Shown here in pieces: positions 25,430 to 39,200 of a DNA stretch of 64,000 nt. Both the position numbers and the translations under genes were made by a program. Location of the stretch: NCBI GenBank assembly GCA_043228905.1, contig JBHGNT010000005.1, positions 3,968,001 through 4,032,000 of the forward strand, written 5' to 3'. The stretch comes from Azolla caroliniana. Lineage: Eukaryota; Plantae; Polypodiophyta. The notes below the pieces were generated by a model. It ran no database searches and was not told the origin of the DNA. It saw nothing but the letters and a program-made list of their open reading frames with translations. The number at the start of each line of letters is the position of its first letter. Positions within the stretch are counted from its first letter, which is position 1.

Positions 25430-25933
25430 TAGCAATTGGCAACCATTTGGTTTGGTTTGAGGGGCTCAAATTTAAACTGTTTAAAGACTTTAAACTACAA
25501 CTGTTTAAAGCAACCCATTTCATGGATTTCCAACCTCAAACCAAACAGTTTTCTAGTTCAATGCGAACAAATATTTTCTGTTAAATTTCACAAAATATTT
25601 TTTAACAAAGAGTTCTCCAACCAAAAGCCACCTACTCATAATGTGAGAAAAGAAGAGAATACTGGAGCCCTAATGTTATAACTTACTATGTTAGAAGGCT
25701 ATAGCTCTCAACTTTTTAAAGTCTGATTCATTTCAGATAAAAATTTCACAAAACACTAACCCTAAAGTGTGAAGCCTTTTAACTTGTGGTATAAAGATGC
25801 CATTCAAATTGTAAATCATTAACCCGATAAAGGCTTAAACTGAATCCTTGATCTCGAAGATAAATCAAACTGTTGGCAAATTCTAAATCTGAATTGAACC
25901 AAAAGAAACTGTTTGAACCATTAGGCCATTGCG
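25430..25933. mobile_element. Possible old degenerate copy of the hAT-MITE family seen at 55894-56518
   Basis: The left end tagcaattggcaaccatttggtttggtt and right end aaccattaggccattgc resemble the TIRs tagcaatgggcatggtt / aaccatgcccattgcta. The interior is rich in aaacca/aaactg/ttaaac. No TSD is seen. Confidence 0.35.
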
Positions 25934-26955
25934 CCGCAGTTTATTTTGATTTATTCTATTGTGATGCCACCCAAATGTTGACAGCCACACAAAGTGGAAC
26001 AAAAGAAATCCATGCTAATACAGACCGGAACAAATATAGATCAGAATGAGTGATAAAAAATGGATTGCAGTGATATCTATCAATGATATGTTTCTGAATG
26101 GAGATTTTGATTTATTTTAAAGCAATGCTGGTGTTTATTATGACCAATATTTATTCCCTGAATGGAATTTCTATACATTTGGAAAGCGTTTGATTCCCTA
26201 AAGTGAGATTATTGCACAATAGCTAAGTGGCAAGCATGGTAAAAAATATTTAAATTATATATTTGCTAATGAGATCCTTCCGCCTACCTTTTCCCAAGGA
26301 TAGGAAAGGATAGCTTCCACAAAAATGTTCAAATCTGAATTTGATTGGGAGGATTCACGACTCTGGTTTAATTTCCAAAGCTATCTGATATTTTTTCCAG
26401 AAAGATTTATACGGAAATGACTTACACGAAATATTTAAATAGGGTTATCTTATCCCCAAGTTAAAATATAAACAAAAGTTTCTCCAGGCACAGTTACATG
26501 AACCATTGTCAATGAAGCAAGAAAAGGACATCCAAACACCCCATATTGATGAATGAGAGTAAGGTGAAGAGTGGTAAAAAAACCCATAAATTATTCTGAA
26601 GTCAACCTCCAACCTCAAGTTGTTCTTGGATTGTTTATGGACGCTATAATTCAAAACATGTGACAATTCAAAAACATTGAATGGAATCAGACTAGACAGC
26701 AAAAAATGGGCAAAAAGGGAATTTGCTTAGTGATGAATTGCAAGAAACTCCTCAAATACAGAGGAAGTTCACTACCAACTGAGCAACCAAACCATAGAGA
26801 TAAATTAAAAGAATATGAAAAAGGGATAAATAACCATACAAATGCTAATGTTAATATAGCCAGAGGGAGACAGGAGATATTATGAACCTGAACAATGGTT
26901 TAGGGTACACGGCCAACATATAAAATTGGGGTTTCCTTCTATGAAGAAAATGACA

Positions 26956-27098
26956 TCAGAAGAACTCCACTAGCTTACTTCCAGGTATCTGCTCCCGAGG
27001 TTCCACATATGCTGATGGGAACCATCCAGCCTTGCCTTTACACTCTCCTTCTGACCACCCAGATTGTGAAACCTGTGATTAAGAATCAAGTCAAAATG

Positions 27099-27129
<31 letters not shown>

Positions 27130-27300
27130 AAATAATGGCTTTCATTACGAAAGAAAAACACCACCGTAACTAACTACAGTATAGAACCCTTCTATCTATC
27201 TAGGGATCTAAAGACTACTACGACTCCAAACTCAATGCCACCCTATACACCAATTCAAATGGAGAATATGATGATATGTGATGATATGTGACCTTGCAGA

Positions 27301-27359
<59 letters not shown>

Positions 27360-30300
27360 AACACCACCGTGACTAATTTACAACAAAGTATAGAACCCTT
27401 CTTGGGATCTAAATACCACTACTACGACTACAAACTCAATCCCACCCTACACTTGCAGAGCTCTTGCTCTCCCACATGGTATTCACTCTCCCACATGTTA
27501 AAATACATCTACCTATCTATTACTGCCTGTTGGGTTGTTGATTTACCCTGTAGCATCAAAGTCATAAAATTGAGAGAATCCAATTTCGATCCTTGCAATG
27601 AACCCAGCCCTGCCCTATATATACACCATCTTCATTCTCCTGCAGATAGTGATGATATATCTATCTCAAGCACATAGATATACACATTCCTCAAGAGCAT
27701 ATGTGATGATATATCTATCTCAAGCACATTGATATACACATTCCTCAAGAGCATGGATATCTGTCTCTCTATATATCCTTAGCCAAACGCTTGAATAATA
27801 ACCAGGGGATTTGATGAAGGTTTACTAATTTATTCATATTCATTTTTATTTTAGTTTGTTATTCTCCAAGATGTAATTTCTTGTTTAGTCTCATAGCCCT
27901 TTTTGGCTTCTTAAGAGAAATTAACACATCATTCTTTCATATATTTATGTAATGTATCTCAGGAAATCCTCGTTGTAATTACATATTTTGATTTAACTCA
28001 TAGATGTATGTTCATGTCCAGCCAATACTTTCGATGTTTGATCTTGCATCAGTCATTCTATTAATGATGATTATCAGAGTTCATCTATGTAAGGATTCTA
28101 ACAGTCAACTTCCACTAAGATTTAGTGGTTTTGACTTCAATCCTTAACAGAAAACTATTAAAACATTATCTCACATAGTCATCATGTTTAAGTAGAACAT
28201 CATTTCCTGTTAAAATATTTTTGAAACTTTAAACTTCCATTTGTATATCGAATTTGACCTTCGTGACAGTCTTCACATTTTTATTAATTATAAAATTTAT
28301 TATGCACGCATATATGTAAAGAGTCTTTCCCAAGGAATGAGCTTAGAGAGTTACAACATTATCCCATAGACTTTGCATCCATAGGGGGAGGGTAGTCATA
28401 GGTGTAATGTTCATTTGTTTAGACGTGCTTACTTGGGGGCTATCATACTGTAATATCTGAGTCGTCAGCTTTTTTGGACTAACCTAATGTGTGTCATTGG
28501 GTACCCCACACATGATTGGTCAGGTAGATGTCATTACATGGCCTAGGTCCTATAAATAGGGGATACTCTCCTTGGTCAGGAGGAGCCCCATGAGTGGTTC
28601 CGACGAAGCTCTCTCTAATGAGGACTAGTCATCTACCAAGGTCCTGACGTGGAGATCCTGGCTGGTATGGGACAGATCGGGATTCCTTGTCTGCGCTGTC
28701 AACTCTGGCGTGGGGGCGGATGGGTGGTAACACGTATTTTCAGTATGATTGTGTCCCTTATGTCTTTATGTGAGGATTAATGATCTTGGTTATTACAAAT
28801 GGTGTGTTAGAAACATTCGTTTTTTTTCTTGTATTTGACAAAGATGAAGAAGATAAAAACAATTTTACTGATAGCATACTGCTCTGGTGTTTCTGAATTA
28901 TAAAGGTACAAACAAGGTGACAGCACACATATTTCTGGATACTAAGCAATTAGAAATCATCCATATATTTTTGGAATCCTTTTTCAGATACATAGAGATT
29001 AAAAAACGCACCTGGCGAACAACAACAATGTCACCAACAGATAAATATAATTCCCCTTCTGCTTCACCATCAAATGCATGCATAACCTGCAACAAGATCA
29101 TGATGCTTTTATGTTTTTACCATTCACCTAGTTTGCCTTTGATATCTTGGTATGTTTGAGAGTTAACAAACCTCAGCTAAGTACATATTTGACCTTCTGT
29201 TTTCTCCATCAATTACCAGACCTTCCAATGAATTAGAAAGATTGTTTTCTTCTTTCAATGGCACAACCATCTCAGTGACATTTACCAGTTTGTCAGTGTT
29301 TTCTTTCTTTGTGGGTGGTAATGAGTCATTTTTCTGACGTTCTGACACAATCTGTTAATATATACATAACAGGAAATAATAAATAATATTTTGCTACAGC
29401 TTATATATCAATTCAGAGATGATTAATACGTACATGTGCCTGTATCTGGTCCAATAATTCTGCAGCTCGTCGATGATATGACCGTTCATTTTCCACCTGA
29501 AAACAAATTCTGAAATGAAGATCGAGTAATAAAATGCTGTTGCCATGAGAGATATTTTCATTCACATTAGATAATAAATGGAAAAAAACTATTTCTCGAG
29601 ACTCTCAGTCCAAATTTAAGAATAGAATGGACTAACTAGCTAACCAACACAATAAGACGTTGGAGGGTAAGGCGCTGTTGTTGGGTATCCACAGCTATCA
29701 TTGAAGCTGAGGCCTCTTTTCCCAGCACTGCCATGGATGATGTGATTTCCTGAATCTTTGCTTCTGCAATTTGAACTTTCAAAGCATTGTCTGCACCACC
29801 TCCGGCCTCCCGCAAACGCGCTTGACGCTTTGCCAATTCAGCAGCCTGCGAAGAATTACCCCAAGTTTTTCTTTATTCATATGTTTTAGGAAAAAACTTT
29901 GAAATAAACCCTTTTTGCTATTGTCCCAACATGTTTTTGTCAACCTCTCTCATATGTTTTCAGAAAAACTTCAAAATAACCCTTGGTTTTTCTATATTCC
30001 ACCACTTTTTGTACTGTCTCAAAAGCCCTTATCAACTGGCCTCTCACACAATTTGATGTATACTTTGAATACATATACAACCCTTTTTCTCAATTGTGTG
30101 CTATTTGAGCTGTTCAAATTTTCTTCTCTCTTTCAAGGGTTTATCAAGGTCATTTGAGGAAATAAAGAAAAATTAAGAGATGTTTTTCCTCCATCTTTTT
30201 AAGGGATTATGAGAGACATTATTGATTATTATTATAGAACTGCTGGTCTGTGGATTCATGTAGAACCCCTCGTGTAGAGGCTTTCTATAGTTCAAAACAG

Positions 30301-32946
30301 AAATTTTTAAGACACGAATCATACAGAAGGCCTAAAGTCAACCCCCTACCAAGCATTGCAGAACCAAGAGATTTTACATAAATAATCTATAAGAAATTAT
30401 TTAACTTAATATCAAACAGATGCAAAATCCAATGTAGTGGTTACCAATCTATAGATGGTCAAGGAATAGCTAGGCGTATGCAAGATCTGTTTCTTTACCG
30501 AATTTCTTTTGTAAAAGACTATGTTTTTTGCATTGGAAAATATGGTTTTTATCAAAATATGATAAAAGGCCAAAAATAATTCCTCATGTGCAGAAACCTC
30601 CATTTATATGTGATGGAAGATAACCTTGATCATATAACTTAATATGGCTACAAGCTGCTTCATTTTCATTTACCAATGCAATTGTTTCCATAAACTTATA
30701 ATGACAACATTCACAAACCTACAAAGTAAAATCTCATGTGAACTTTACCTCATACCAATGCAAACGCAGTTTGTATCATCCTAACTCATTTCAGGAATAT
30801 AAGCAGAGTATCTGGTCAGAATCCAGGTTACAATTTCATGTAACCCGCCTTTGGTTGCTATTATCCTCACAATTAAACATGCTCATTCACAATGTGCCCA
30901 AATGTTAATGTCTCTCCTTTGCTACTCTATCTCAGTCATAAACCATTCCTATTTCATGAAACTTAAGAGACATGCAGAGAAAAAGGTGAACTTAGCATGG
31001 TTCAGCTACTCCCCAGCAAGAAACAGAATCATTAACCATTGCAGCCAAGTCACAACAGTGTTAAAAAGAGCTTTCGCATAACATCATGAAAGAAACTTGT
31101 GATTAGATTACAAGGCTTAAGCTTATTTGGAGATCAATTAAAAAAATTTCACTAATAACTTGAGTTGTGTGAATGAGATGGCATAACATGATGAAAAGGC
31201 CATGCACTGAAGGTAAATTTAAAAGAAGATTCTTGCAGTCATGCATAATCTCCTAAATGGGTTCAGTAGCATTTCTGAAATGAGGAAACAGGAAACAACA
31301 AAGCAACAAAGCACGTCCCTGATTGCTTGGTTTGTTTTGGTTTTTTCATTAGAGAGGCATAGAACTAACATTCTCATTCTGCATTTCAGCAAGTGATTTA
31401 CGCAACTATGCTCTCAAGTATAATTCAGTCTAAAAACTCTTTTAAAACATCATCCTGTAATTTCTAACCTTGAGATTTGCTTACAAGACAAAATTAAATT
31501 TACGCTGTTCAATTTTTGGAGTAAATTACTACTTCTATGAACAACATAAACTTCACCAGCAGAAATACAAAAATGCAAGTGTTGGCTAGTACTAATAACC
31601 TGTGCTTCTACATCTTGCCTCATTTGGCCATATCGCTGTACCAAATGGCGAGCATCCTCCAATGCAGCTCCATTCACCATTGCTTTCAATGGTTCTATGA
31701 CCTAGATGTCGAGCAATAAATGAAGAAAAAATAGTGTTGTTATTCTTGAAATGTTTCTTTTCTATTTGGAAATGGGTGAACATTAGCAAATACATGAAAC
31801 TTAAAAAAGGATTACACGATCTGTTGAATCATTATTTCTCTAGTGGCTAACCTGACTGCTTAGAGAATTGAAGAGAATCTCTCGCTCCCTCTCGAGGGTA
31901 GCCCGATGTGTGCCATAATAAAATAGAGATTTTCCAAGTAAACCTCGAGTACCATGACTCTCCGAAGCATATTTGCAGATGTCATCACAAAGTTTATTTA
32001 CTGCCAAATGGAAACTGATGTGACATTCATACAAGTTGAATGACATAACAACCATAACAAATTCTACTCACAAAATGAATGCATGAATACGATGGTATAA
32101 TAATAACTCTTTTATTTCTAAAACATTAATATTGTGGTTTCAAGCATAGAAGTGATAGGTTTAATATTATACTCATTGTGAAAACAATCATGCTCTGGTC
32201 TTCCAGTAAAGCAGCTACCACTTAATACTATTACCATTTCATGCTTAGAATATGGCTTTACAAGTTTCAGTTCCCATAAACGAGGGAAAAAAACAATTGC
32301 AGGGCCGTGTAAAAGGCATAGCTAGCTAAAGTTCATATAAGAAGAGCAGTTCAGTGTTTTCAACTTGAATTAATTGCATCAAACAATCTCAACTTCCATA
32401 ACCCAGGTGGTCAAAAATTGTAGGAATGCCTTATGTAAGAGCCATTCCAAGAAAAGTATATGTAACTAGACCACTCATGAGTACTTGTAAAAATGGAAGC
32501 TATCAAAACTAACTCTCCCCTAATGATTTACATAGCCTATAAAAGGTGAAATGCGAACAAAAGTACAATGTAACTAGAGCAAATGATTCAACCAGACACT
32601 TTGATGCAAAGACAAACAGAAGTAAACCTCTCACAATCTCTTACCTACTTCAATCTGTCGTGTTCCAGTGAGTATGGAATTCTCCACATCTTTCACAATG
32701 TCTCTTTGAAAATGCTGCCATTTTCAAAACTTGAGTACATTAAGACCAACATTAGAACAGAGAATTATCTAAAACAATAATAAAAACCTTAGGATATTAT
32801 TACAGATGGAAAGACCTTAGTAATCCTGGTAGAATTGTAAAGGTTCTCCAATTGATGATGTCGTTGAAGCTCCGCTTCATCTGTGATGATGACATCACTA
32901 GAGCCGTGATGATTGAGCGAAAATTGTCGCACAACAGCCTAAAGAA

Positions 32947-32981
<35 letters not shown>

Positions 32982-33547
32982 AGAAAGAAAAGCCAGATCT
33001 CAGTGATGGTATGACTAGAATGAGAGGCAAGATCTGGCAAAATTATGATAAAAAAAGAACAGCAAATCTGATGTAAAAGGAGGGACATGAGTAAAACGAA
33101 TGGCAAAATGTATGAGTAAATGAATGGCAAAATGTGGTACGGATGTGAAAAATATGAAAGGCAACAAATATACAGAAATTAACTTGAAAAAAACAAAATC
33201 TGATGCATATATGAACCAAAAAGAAAGAAAAGCAAAACCTTTTCTTAATGCAGATAGATATGAACAAAAACTAAAGGCAAATATCTGATACAGATATGAG
33301 CTAAGAAAGGGAAGGCAAGATCGGATGCAGACAGGAGTTGAAAACAAAAAAAGGAGGAAAATTAACACGAAATTTGGATCCTGAAACGGCAGAAAAGATA
33401 TGAACATCTGATGAGAGGAAAAAAGGAAATGGAGCAAAAGGAAAAAACTAAAAGAAACGACAATACAATAGATTACATAAGGAGAACCTGTTGCTGCTTC
33501 GCAACTTGCTCGCGTAGTCTGGTGGCATGTTTCCGGAAGGCATCCAT
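26956..33547 (-). CDS. SH3 domain-containing protein (N-terminal BAR plus C-terminal SH3), SH3P1/2/3 family, about 379 aa
   Basis: Ten GT-AG exons: 33547-33488, 32938-32816, 32714-32645, 32000-31852, 31701-31600, 29845-29645, 29496-29434, 29351-29172, 29086-29012, 27072-26956. Product: MDAFRKHATRLREQVAKQQQAV..DEAELQRHHQLENLYNSTR..KHFQRDIV..GAALEDARHLVQRY..QQQRLTLQRL..YLAEVMHAFDGEAEGEL.LSVGDIVVVRQVSQSGWSEGECKGKAGWFPSAYVE. Confidence 0.95.
27154..27754. repeat. Two local duplications in the last SH3P intron
   Basis: An about 97-bp unit aaaacaccaccgt.actaa...agtatagaacccttct...ctactacgact.caaactcaat at 27154 and 27357, each preceded by a (CT)n tract; and a 52-bp unit gtgatgatatatctatctcaagcacat.gatatacacattcctcaagagcat at 27649 and 27703. 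Confidence 0.9.
28383..28732 (+). mobile_element. Probable 3' LTR (28403-28732) with upstream polypurine tract, inside the last SH3P intron
   Basis: agggggaggg at about 28383-28392 lies shortly before TGTAAT; the segment ends ...GGTAACA and has an internal cctataaatagg TATA box. It is GC-richer than the surrounding intron. No TSD, so it looks like a truncated element rather than a clean solo LTR. Confidence 0.6.
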
Positions 33548-33995
33548 CCTTTTGATGTGGCTGATCACGATGAAGAAGAAGAAGACGAGGATGATGATGA
33601 TGATGACGATACAGAGGAAGATGAGGATGATTATCAGGAAAATGCGGATGAAATGCTAAAACAGAAAAGTCGAACGTTTCAATGCTTGCCTTCCTCCTTC
33701 TTCCTCTTCAACCCTCCCTTTGTTCCAACTGTGTACGGCTATGGAATGAACGCTGAGGGATCGAACTCAAAGCCTCCATACATCCAACAGAAGAAGAAGT
33801 CCCTCTCCTCTCCATCTCAATTCTCACTGATCCACTGTGCGACATATAAAATGTTAATAGAACCATTAAGAAGTAGTAACTTTTTTCCCTGAGAGAATCC
33901 GAACGCGCGCAAGAGAGGAAGCAGAGTAATGTATGAAAGCATAGTGGAGGGAAAGAGTGGAAAATAGAGAACCTTTTACTGATTTACCATAGCTA

Positions 33996-34036
<41 letters not shown>

Positions 34037-34386
34037 AAGCTTTTTCTTACCAGCAAGGCAATTTGCTTTCCCTGGCTGAGCAGCTTAAGCTCGATCCACA
34101 CAAAACCACATCATTTCATTTTCAATGTGGGGGTGCTATGGTGATGTTAAGATAGAAATGTACATGGAGACTAGACCTAATGGCCAAGGCCCAACACTGT
34201 GTTGAGACACCCCCGGAACTTTACAGTACCCTATCCAACCCCGGTACCCTACACCTCCTCTCCAGAACACTCTTGCGTTCCATTTTTGTCGGGCATTATC
34301 CGTTTGCCTCTTTAGACTCCCCGATCTGACCCAAAATACCCCATTCTGTGCAAGCCCATTCTAATGCACCGCCAACCTAATGCATT

Positions 34387-34421
<35 letters not shown>

Positions 34422-36279
34422 CCCAGGTGTACACTCGATTCGATGTCAACATGAAAACGCATACTCATGATCCATGCACAAATCACGAGCTTGCATAAAA
34501 TGCATGAGTTTGTTTGACACATTGCTTCTCAAGGATGGGTCCTACATAAGGATCGAAAGCAAACAAAAAACCATGTTCATGTGGCACAAATCATGATCAC
34601 GTGAAATGTTGGGTAAACGACATTCTATTCATAAACACAAGAATTATGTGATGTGTTGCCACTTAAGCTACCTCCATATATTGAGTGCCCATAATGAACT
34701 CAACAAGTTCATGTTCCTCAAAATCCAGAATTTGGTGACCAACTTCTTATCTTGCTTGTTGGGGCTTGACAAAACTTTATTCAATCAATACGCAAGGACA
34801 TTGTGATATTCGAGAATGAGAACCTAGCCCATTTCCAAAATCTTTCAATTAGTCAATCAAGTATCGACAATGGACGATTACTATATGGATGCTTAGTTTT
34901 GGTGGTTATGTAAATCATATCTATGAATCTCAAAGGGAACAATAAACATCACTCACGGTCTATTTGAGTATAAAAAGAAATATTTACTCCAACACATCCA
35001 TACCACATGTGTTATCAAAATGATCCTTTAAATTATACGCATAATGCTTTTGGCATTGCCTTTTAAGGGGTGATGTTGTAAAAATACAAACAATTTCCAC
35101 ATTGCCATGTTTTAAAATAACAATAGTTTAAAAGAAAATACTTGATCAATAAAATATTTTCGTAAGATCTTCTTAAAAGTGTAATGGTATACAAAAAAGG
35201 ATCTAGCAGCCTAAATGCAATCCTAACTTGTAATGCCAAGTTATTGGGAGCACAATAAATAGAGAGCATGATCTCAACCTAAAACTTTGTATCATGCAAA
35301 ATGTGTTGGTATCAATGTCAACGTTTGTAAAGGCAAATTAGTGGGTACAAGTTGTGCGCACAATCTCCTAAGCTATGCTTACTAACTATGCTTATACATC
35401 ACTATAATTATGAAGAGTTTCGATACAACCCATTTCCCAAGGTTCGTTCACATGTGCAATATCACCATCATGATACACAAAGTTTATCATTAGAACGCTT
35501 CATCACCTTTTAGAACCTTAATATGCTTCTTCCATTCATTTATATGCATGCTAAATGCTGTCTTACACAGTCATCCTAAGCACTAACTAGTCACACCGTA
35601 AACAATTGAATGCATGTGACCACACTCTAGAAATTCTGTTATTTTTGTTTACAGAAATCCTGCAAGTTTGCAGGGCCGTTTCTCTACATCATGCCATTTG
35701 TGCATTGCTATAAAAATAGAGGATACAATATCTGTTTGATTCACATATTTTCTGGGTATATATGAGTGGCGAGGTCGTAGATCATACATTTACCTACTAA
35801 ACTCTCTCATCATGCATAATTATGGTAATGTCACAAAAACGATCCAGTAAAACAGCTTAAAAGAATTGATATAGCACCATCAAGACTAGTCATAAACAGA
35901 TTTTGTCAATAAAGGAGCAGATGCATATCTGTACATTATCGAGTCAGCTGTATGAGCAAATATTAAAAGGAAAAAAAAAATTGTGTTTTGAAAATTTATG
36001 GAGGGATTAGGCCTAATAATCTCTGATACCCTCATTATGGGAGGCATTAATAATCTTGACATTGTTACTGAAAGTTATAACTCCACCCCGACGATGCCAA
36101 AAAATCACTAGAGCTCCAACACATTACCTTTATAAAGTCTCTGATATTACAGAGTATTGTTGATGAAAATCGATATGGGAATTATAAGGCAAACCCGTAA
36201 GTGGGCTGGAAATCTTGAAATCAGGTAAGCCCAATATTGATCTAAATTGTTACTAACCTGTCAATGAAAGATCTTGAGC

Positions 36280-39200
36280 CTAGAAATCTAGCAACAATTC
36301 CTCGATCAGATCATCTATGATCATTCTTTCCATTTCAAGACCCAATGCTTCAACTTCGAGGCCATTGTCAAACCATTGGCCTTTCTTGCCCACATCATTC
36401 ATAACCAGATTCTCCAAGGTGTACTGACTATCTGAATGAGAGCACAAAAGCTGATCAATGTGTACCCTAACATGCTTGAAAATGTCAATATCTGAGATTG
36501 TTAGTTTAGAAGATGTTAGACGATGCCCTAAGATATATAGGATTTCATTAACACTGTCAAAAAGAAGACGTCTTTGAGAGGGGCTTAACATTGCTCCAAT
36601 TGTTCTATCCGGGTTCAGAAGTTTGCTCTCCTTGCCAACATAGTTGTTTTCCATCTTTTCAAACAGATTCATGTTAACAAGTTGATGTGGGGCATGAAAC
36701 GATGCCAGCAAAGTTCTCTCTCCAATCACACCAGAGGCAAGAAGAACATCTCTAACATAAAGCAATTCAGCTTCTTTTCCACTTGAATAGCTAATTTCCT
36801 CCAGGTGAAGATCAGTGCAATTAAGATCATCGTCGATAACATTATCATTATTACATTGCGAGATTGCATGTTTTTTGCATTCAATTTTGTCTCCAGCAAG
36901 GCAAGAAACATTGGCTAATGCCTCCTTGTCATGGATATCAAAGTGAAGGCGACGATGACATGTCTGGAGCTCTGCACAAACATATCCATCATCATTATAA
37001 CACAAATGCAGATTAGCCTGACATATTACAATTCAAAAAGATACATTACATCGATAGATATCATAAATATACCAACAACTTTCCTACTTGTTTCTTTTTC
37101 TCTTTGTCTTTTGAATCCTATTCTAGGCAAACTCACAAAAGTCAAAAATCCATCGTTCGATGTGTTAGATCTTAACTAGCAAAGAAAATTTAGATCAAAT
37201 ACTACTTGAAACTCGTTAAAAAATGTGGACTTCATTCTGCCATAAGAATCTTGTTAATTTCAGTTGGTTCTAAAATCATACAGGAAAGACAACTCTGTTT
37301 CTGGTGAGATATATAACAGACTTGGCTGCAATGCTCAAAAATGTTACCTTGTAAATCAGAGTTGATCTTATATTCCCTGGATACCGAAGCCTCTTCTTCA
37401 TACGGGAAGTCCAAAATAGATACAGGACTTGGTTGTTCAGATTGCACTTTGAGTGGTCCATTGTTCTCAATTAATGCTACAATATTTACAGGGGGTTGAA
37501 TTACTCCAGGTTCTTCCAATATGTGATGTTGATTACTCTGCAAGCAACGCCAGCAATTCATTATATTCTTAGTTGTTTTGCATCAGAGCATAACCACTGT
37601 AACCGAAGGTCAAATATTCATTCTATAATATCACAGAAAACCCAACCACAAGCAAATTGTGTATGTGTATTTGACAGCCAAAACATGTGACTGTGAATGA
37701 TGGTGGTAACGTTTAACTTTCCAATGTAGGGGTTGAAAATTCGTGAACGTGATCCTTTTAACATGACAACCAAAAAACCATTTGATATCACTATCACATT
37801 ACACAACAAGTACACACGTAGCCTTTAACGTTTTAAACATATACTCCACACAACAAAAGAAAAGTGATCCATACATGTCTATTATTGAGAACGCTGATAA
37901 CATCTGTGGTTTGGGATCCATAACCAGCTTCATGCTTAGCTGCCATTTGACAAATTGTATCATTGCCTCCACACTGATGGACCTTTTTGTCAGGTTCAGG
38001 AGTAATAGATGTGACTGAAGAGAGCGAAAAGTCCTTTTCTACAGCTAGATTATCAGGATCATCTATGGATTGTTGTTTCACATGTATCATGAGAAGTTCC
38101 TCATCTTGTTTATGCACAGTAGAAACATCATCTTCAAGAGACATTTGATCCACCTCTGTCGCATTTGAACTTATCTTCAACTGTGAAGCCGCTTTATTGT
38201 AGTCAGATTCTGACGTCGAGCTGATTGATCTTATCTCATCAGCTGGCTTTCTCAAATCGTCAAGAGATTCCATACCCATTTCAGGAAGGTCCCCCAAATT
38301 AATTCTCTGACTGAACACTTGAAGCTCCTCCTGATTTTGCTCAACGGAAGTAGCAATCACACCTGTATTGGATTTTGGCTTGCTTTTCTCCACATATCTC
38401 TCATGATTGAAGCTTTCCATCCCACATTCCGGACTGCTCTTCATATGACCACTGTTCTGTGGATAAGAATGAAAAAGAACATGCCGATACCTCTGGTCCG
38501 ACTGAATCCCATCCAAACTAGGATTCTCAAACCTTTTTGAACTAGGTGAAATTCGTAGGTCAGGAGAAGACTGATAGCTACTAGCTTCACTACATACTCT
38601 GTTGCTCGTTGGGGTATTGTCAACATGTGGGATAATTTTATCTATAATTCTTGCAACTTTTTCTCTGGTCTGATGAGAAACATCTCTTTTCCCTCGTTTG
38701 TTAACAACTTCCAAGCTGAGTTTCTTATCTTGGTCCAGCAACATAGAACTTGACCAGCTGTTGGGATTTCCACTGTAAAGTCCACTGGTGGTTGTCAAAG
38801 CCTCCCCATCAGTGTCTCTTAGCCTTCTGCTCAGGATTAGATGATCAGAAAATTTGTGCCCATTCTTTGAATTCACTGACCCAATAATGTGATCTCTGGT
38901 GATGTTTTCCCTCGCCTTCCTTGCAATTTCTCGAGCAATCTCCCTACAATCGTTTAGGGCATCTCTATGATATTCATTGACACTACTTCGTGCATTTTTT
39001 CTCTCGTGTTCATGCTCCTTATCTTTCCGTAGCTTTTCCAATAGTTTCTCAAGAGCAACCATACTTTCAGCAACATGATCCTTTGGGGAGCTAGAGTAGG
39101 TAGGGGATGAAGGTTTAAAATTCCTTGCCCTCACGGAGCTTGGTTTCAGCACAACTATCCTAGTTGGAACCTGATAGTTGGCACCATATACCAATGAGGG

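Noticed and set aside
33411-33892. Plus-strand ORFs with acidic or poly-Met tracts
   Set aside because: Antisense translation of the (TCA)/(TCT) repeat-rich 5' leader of the SH3P gene.
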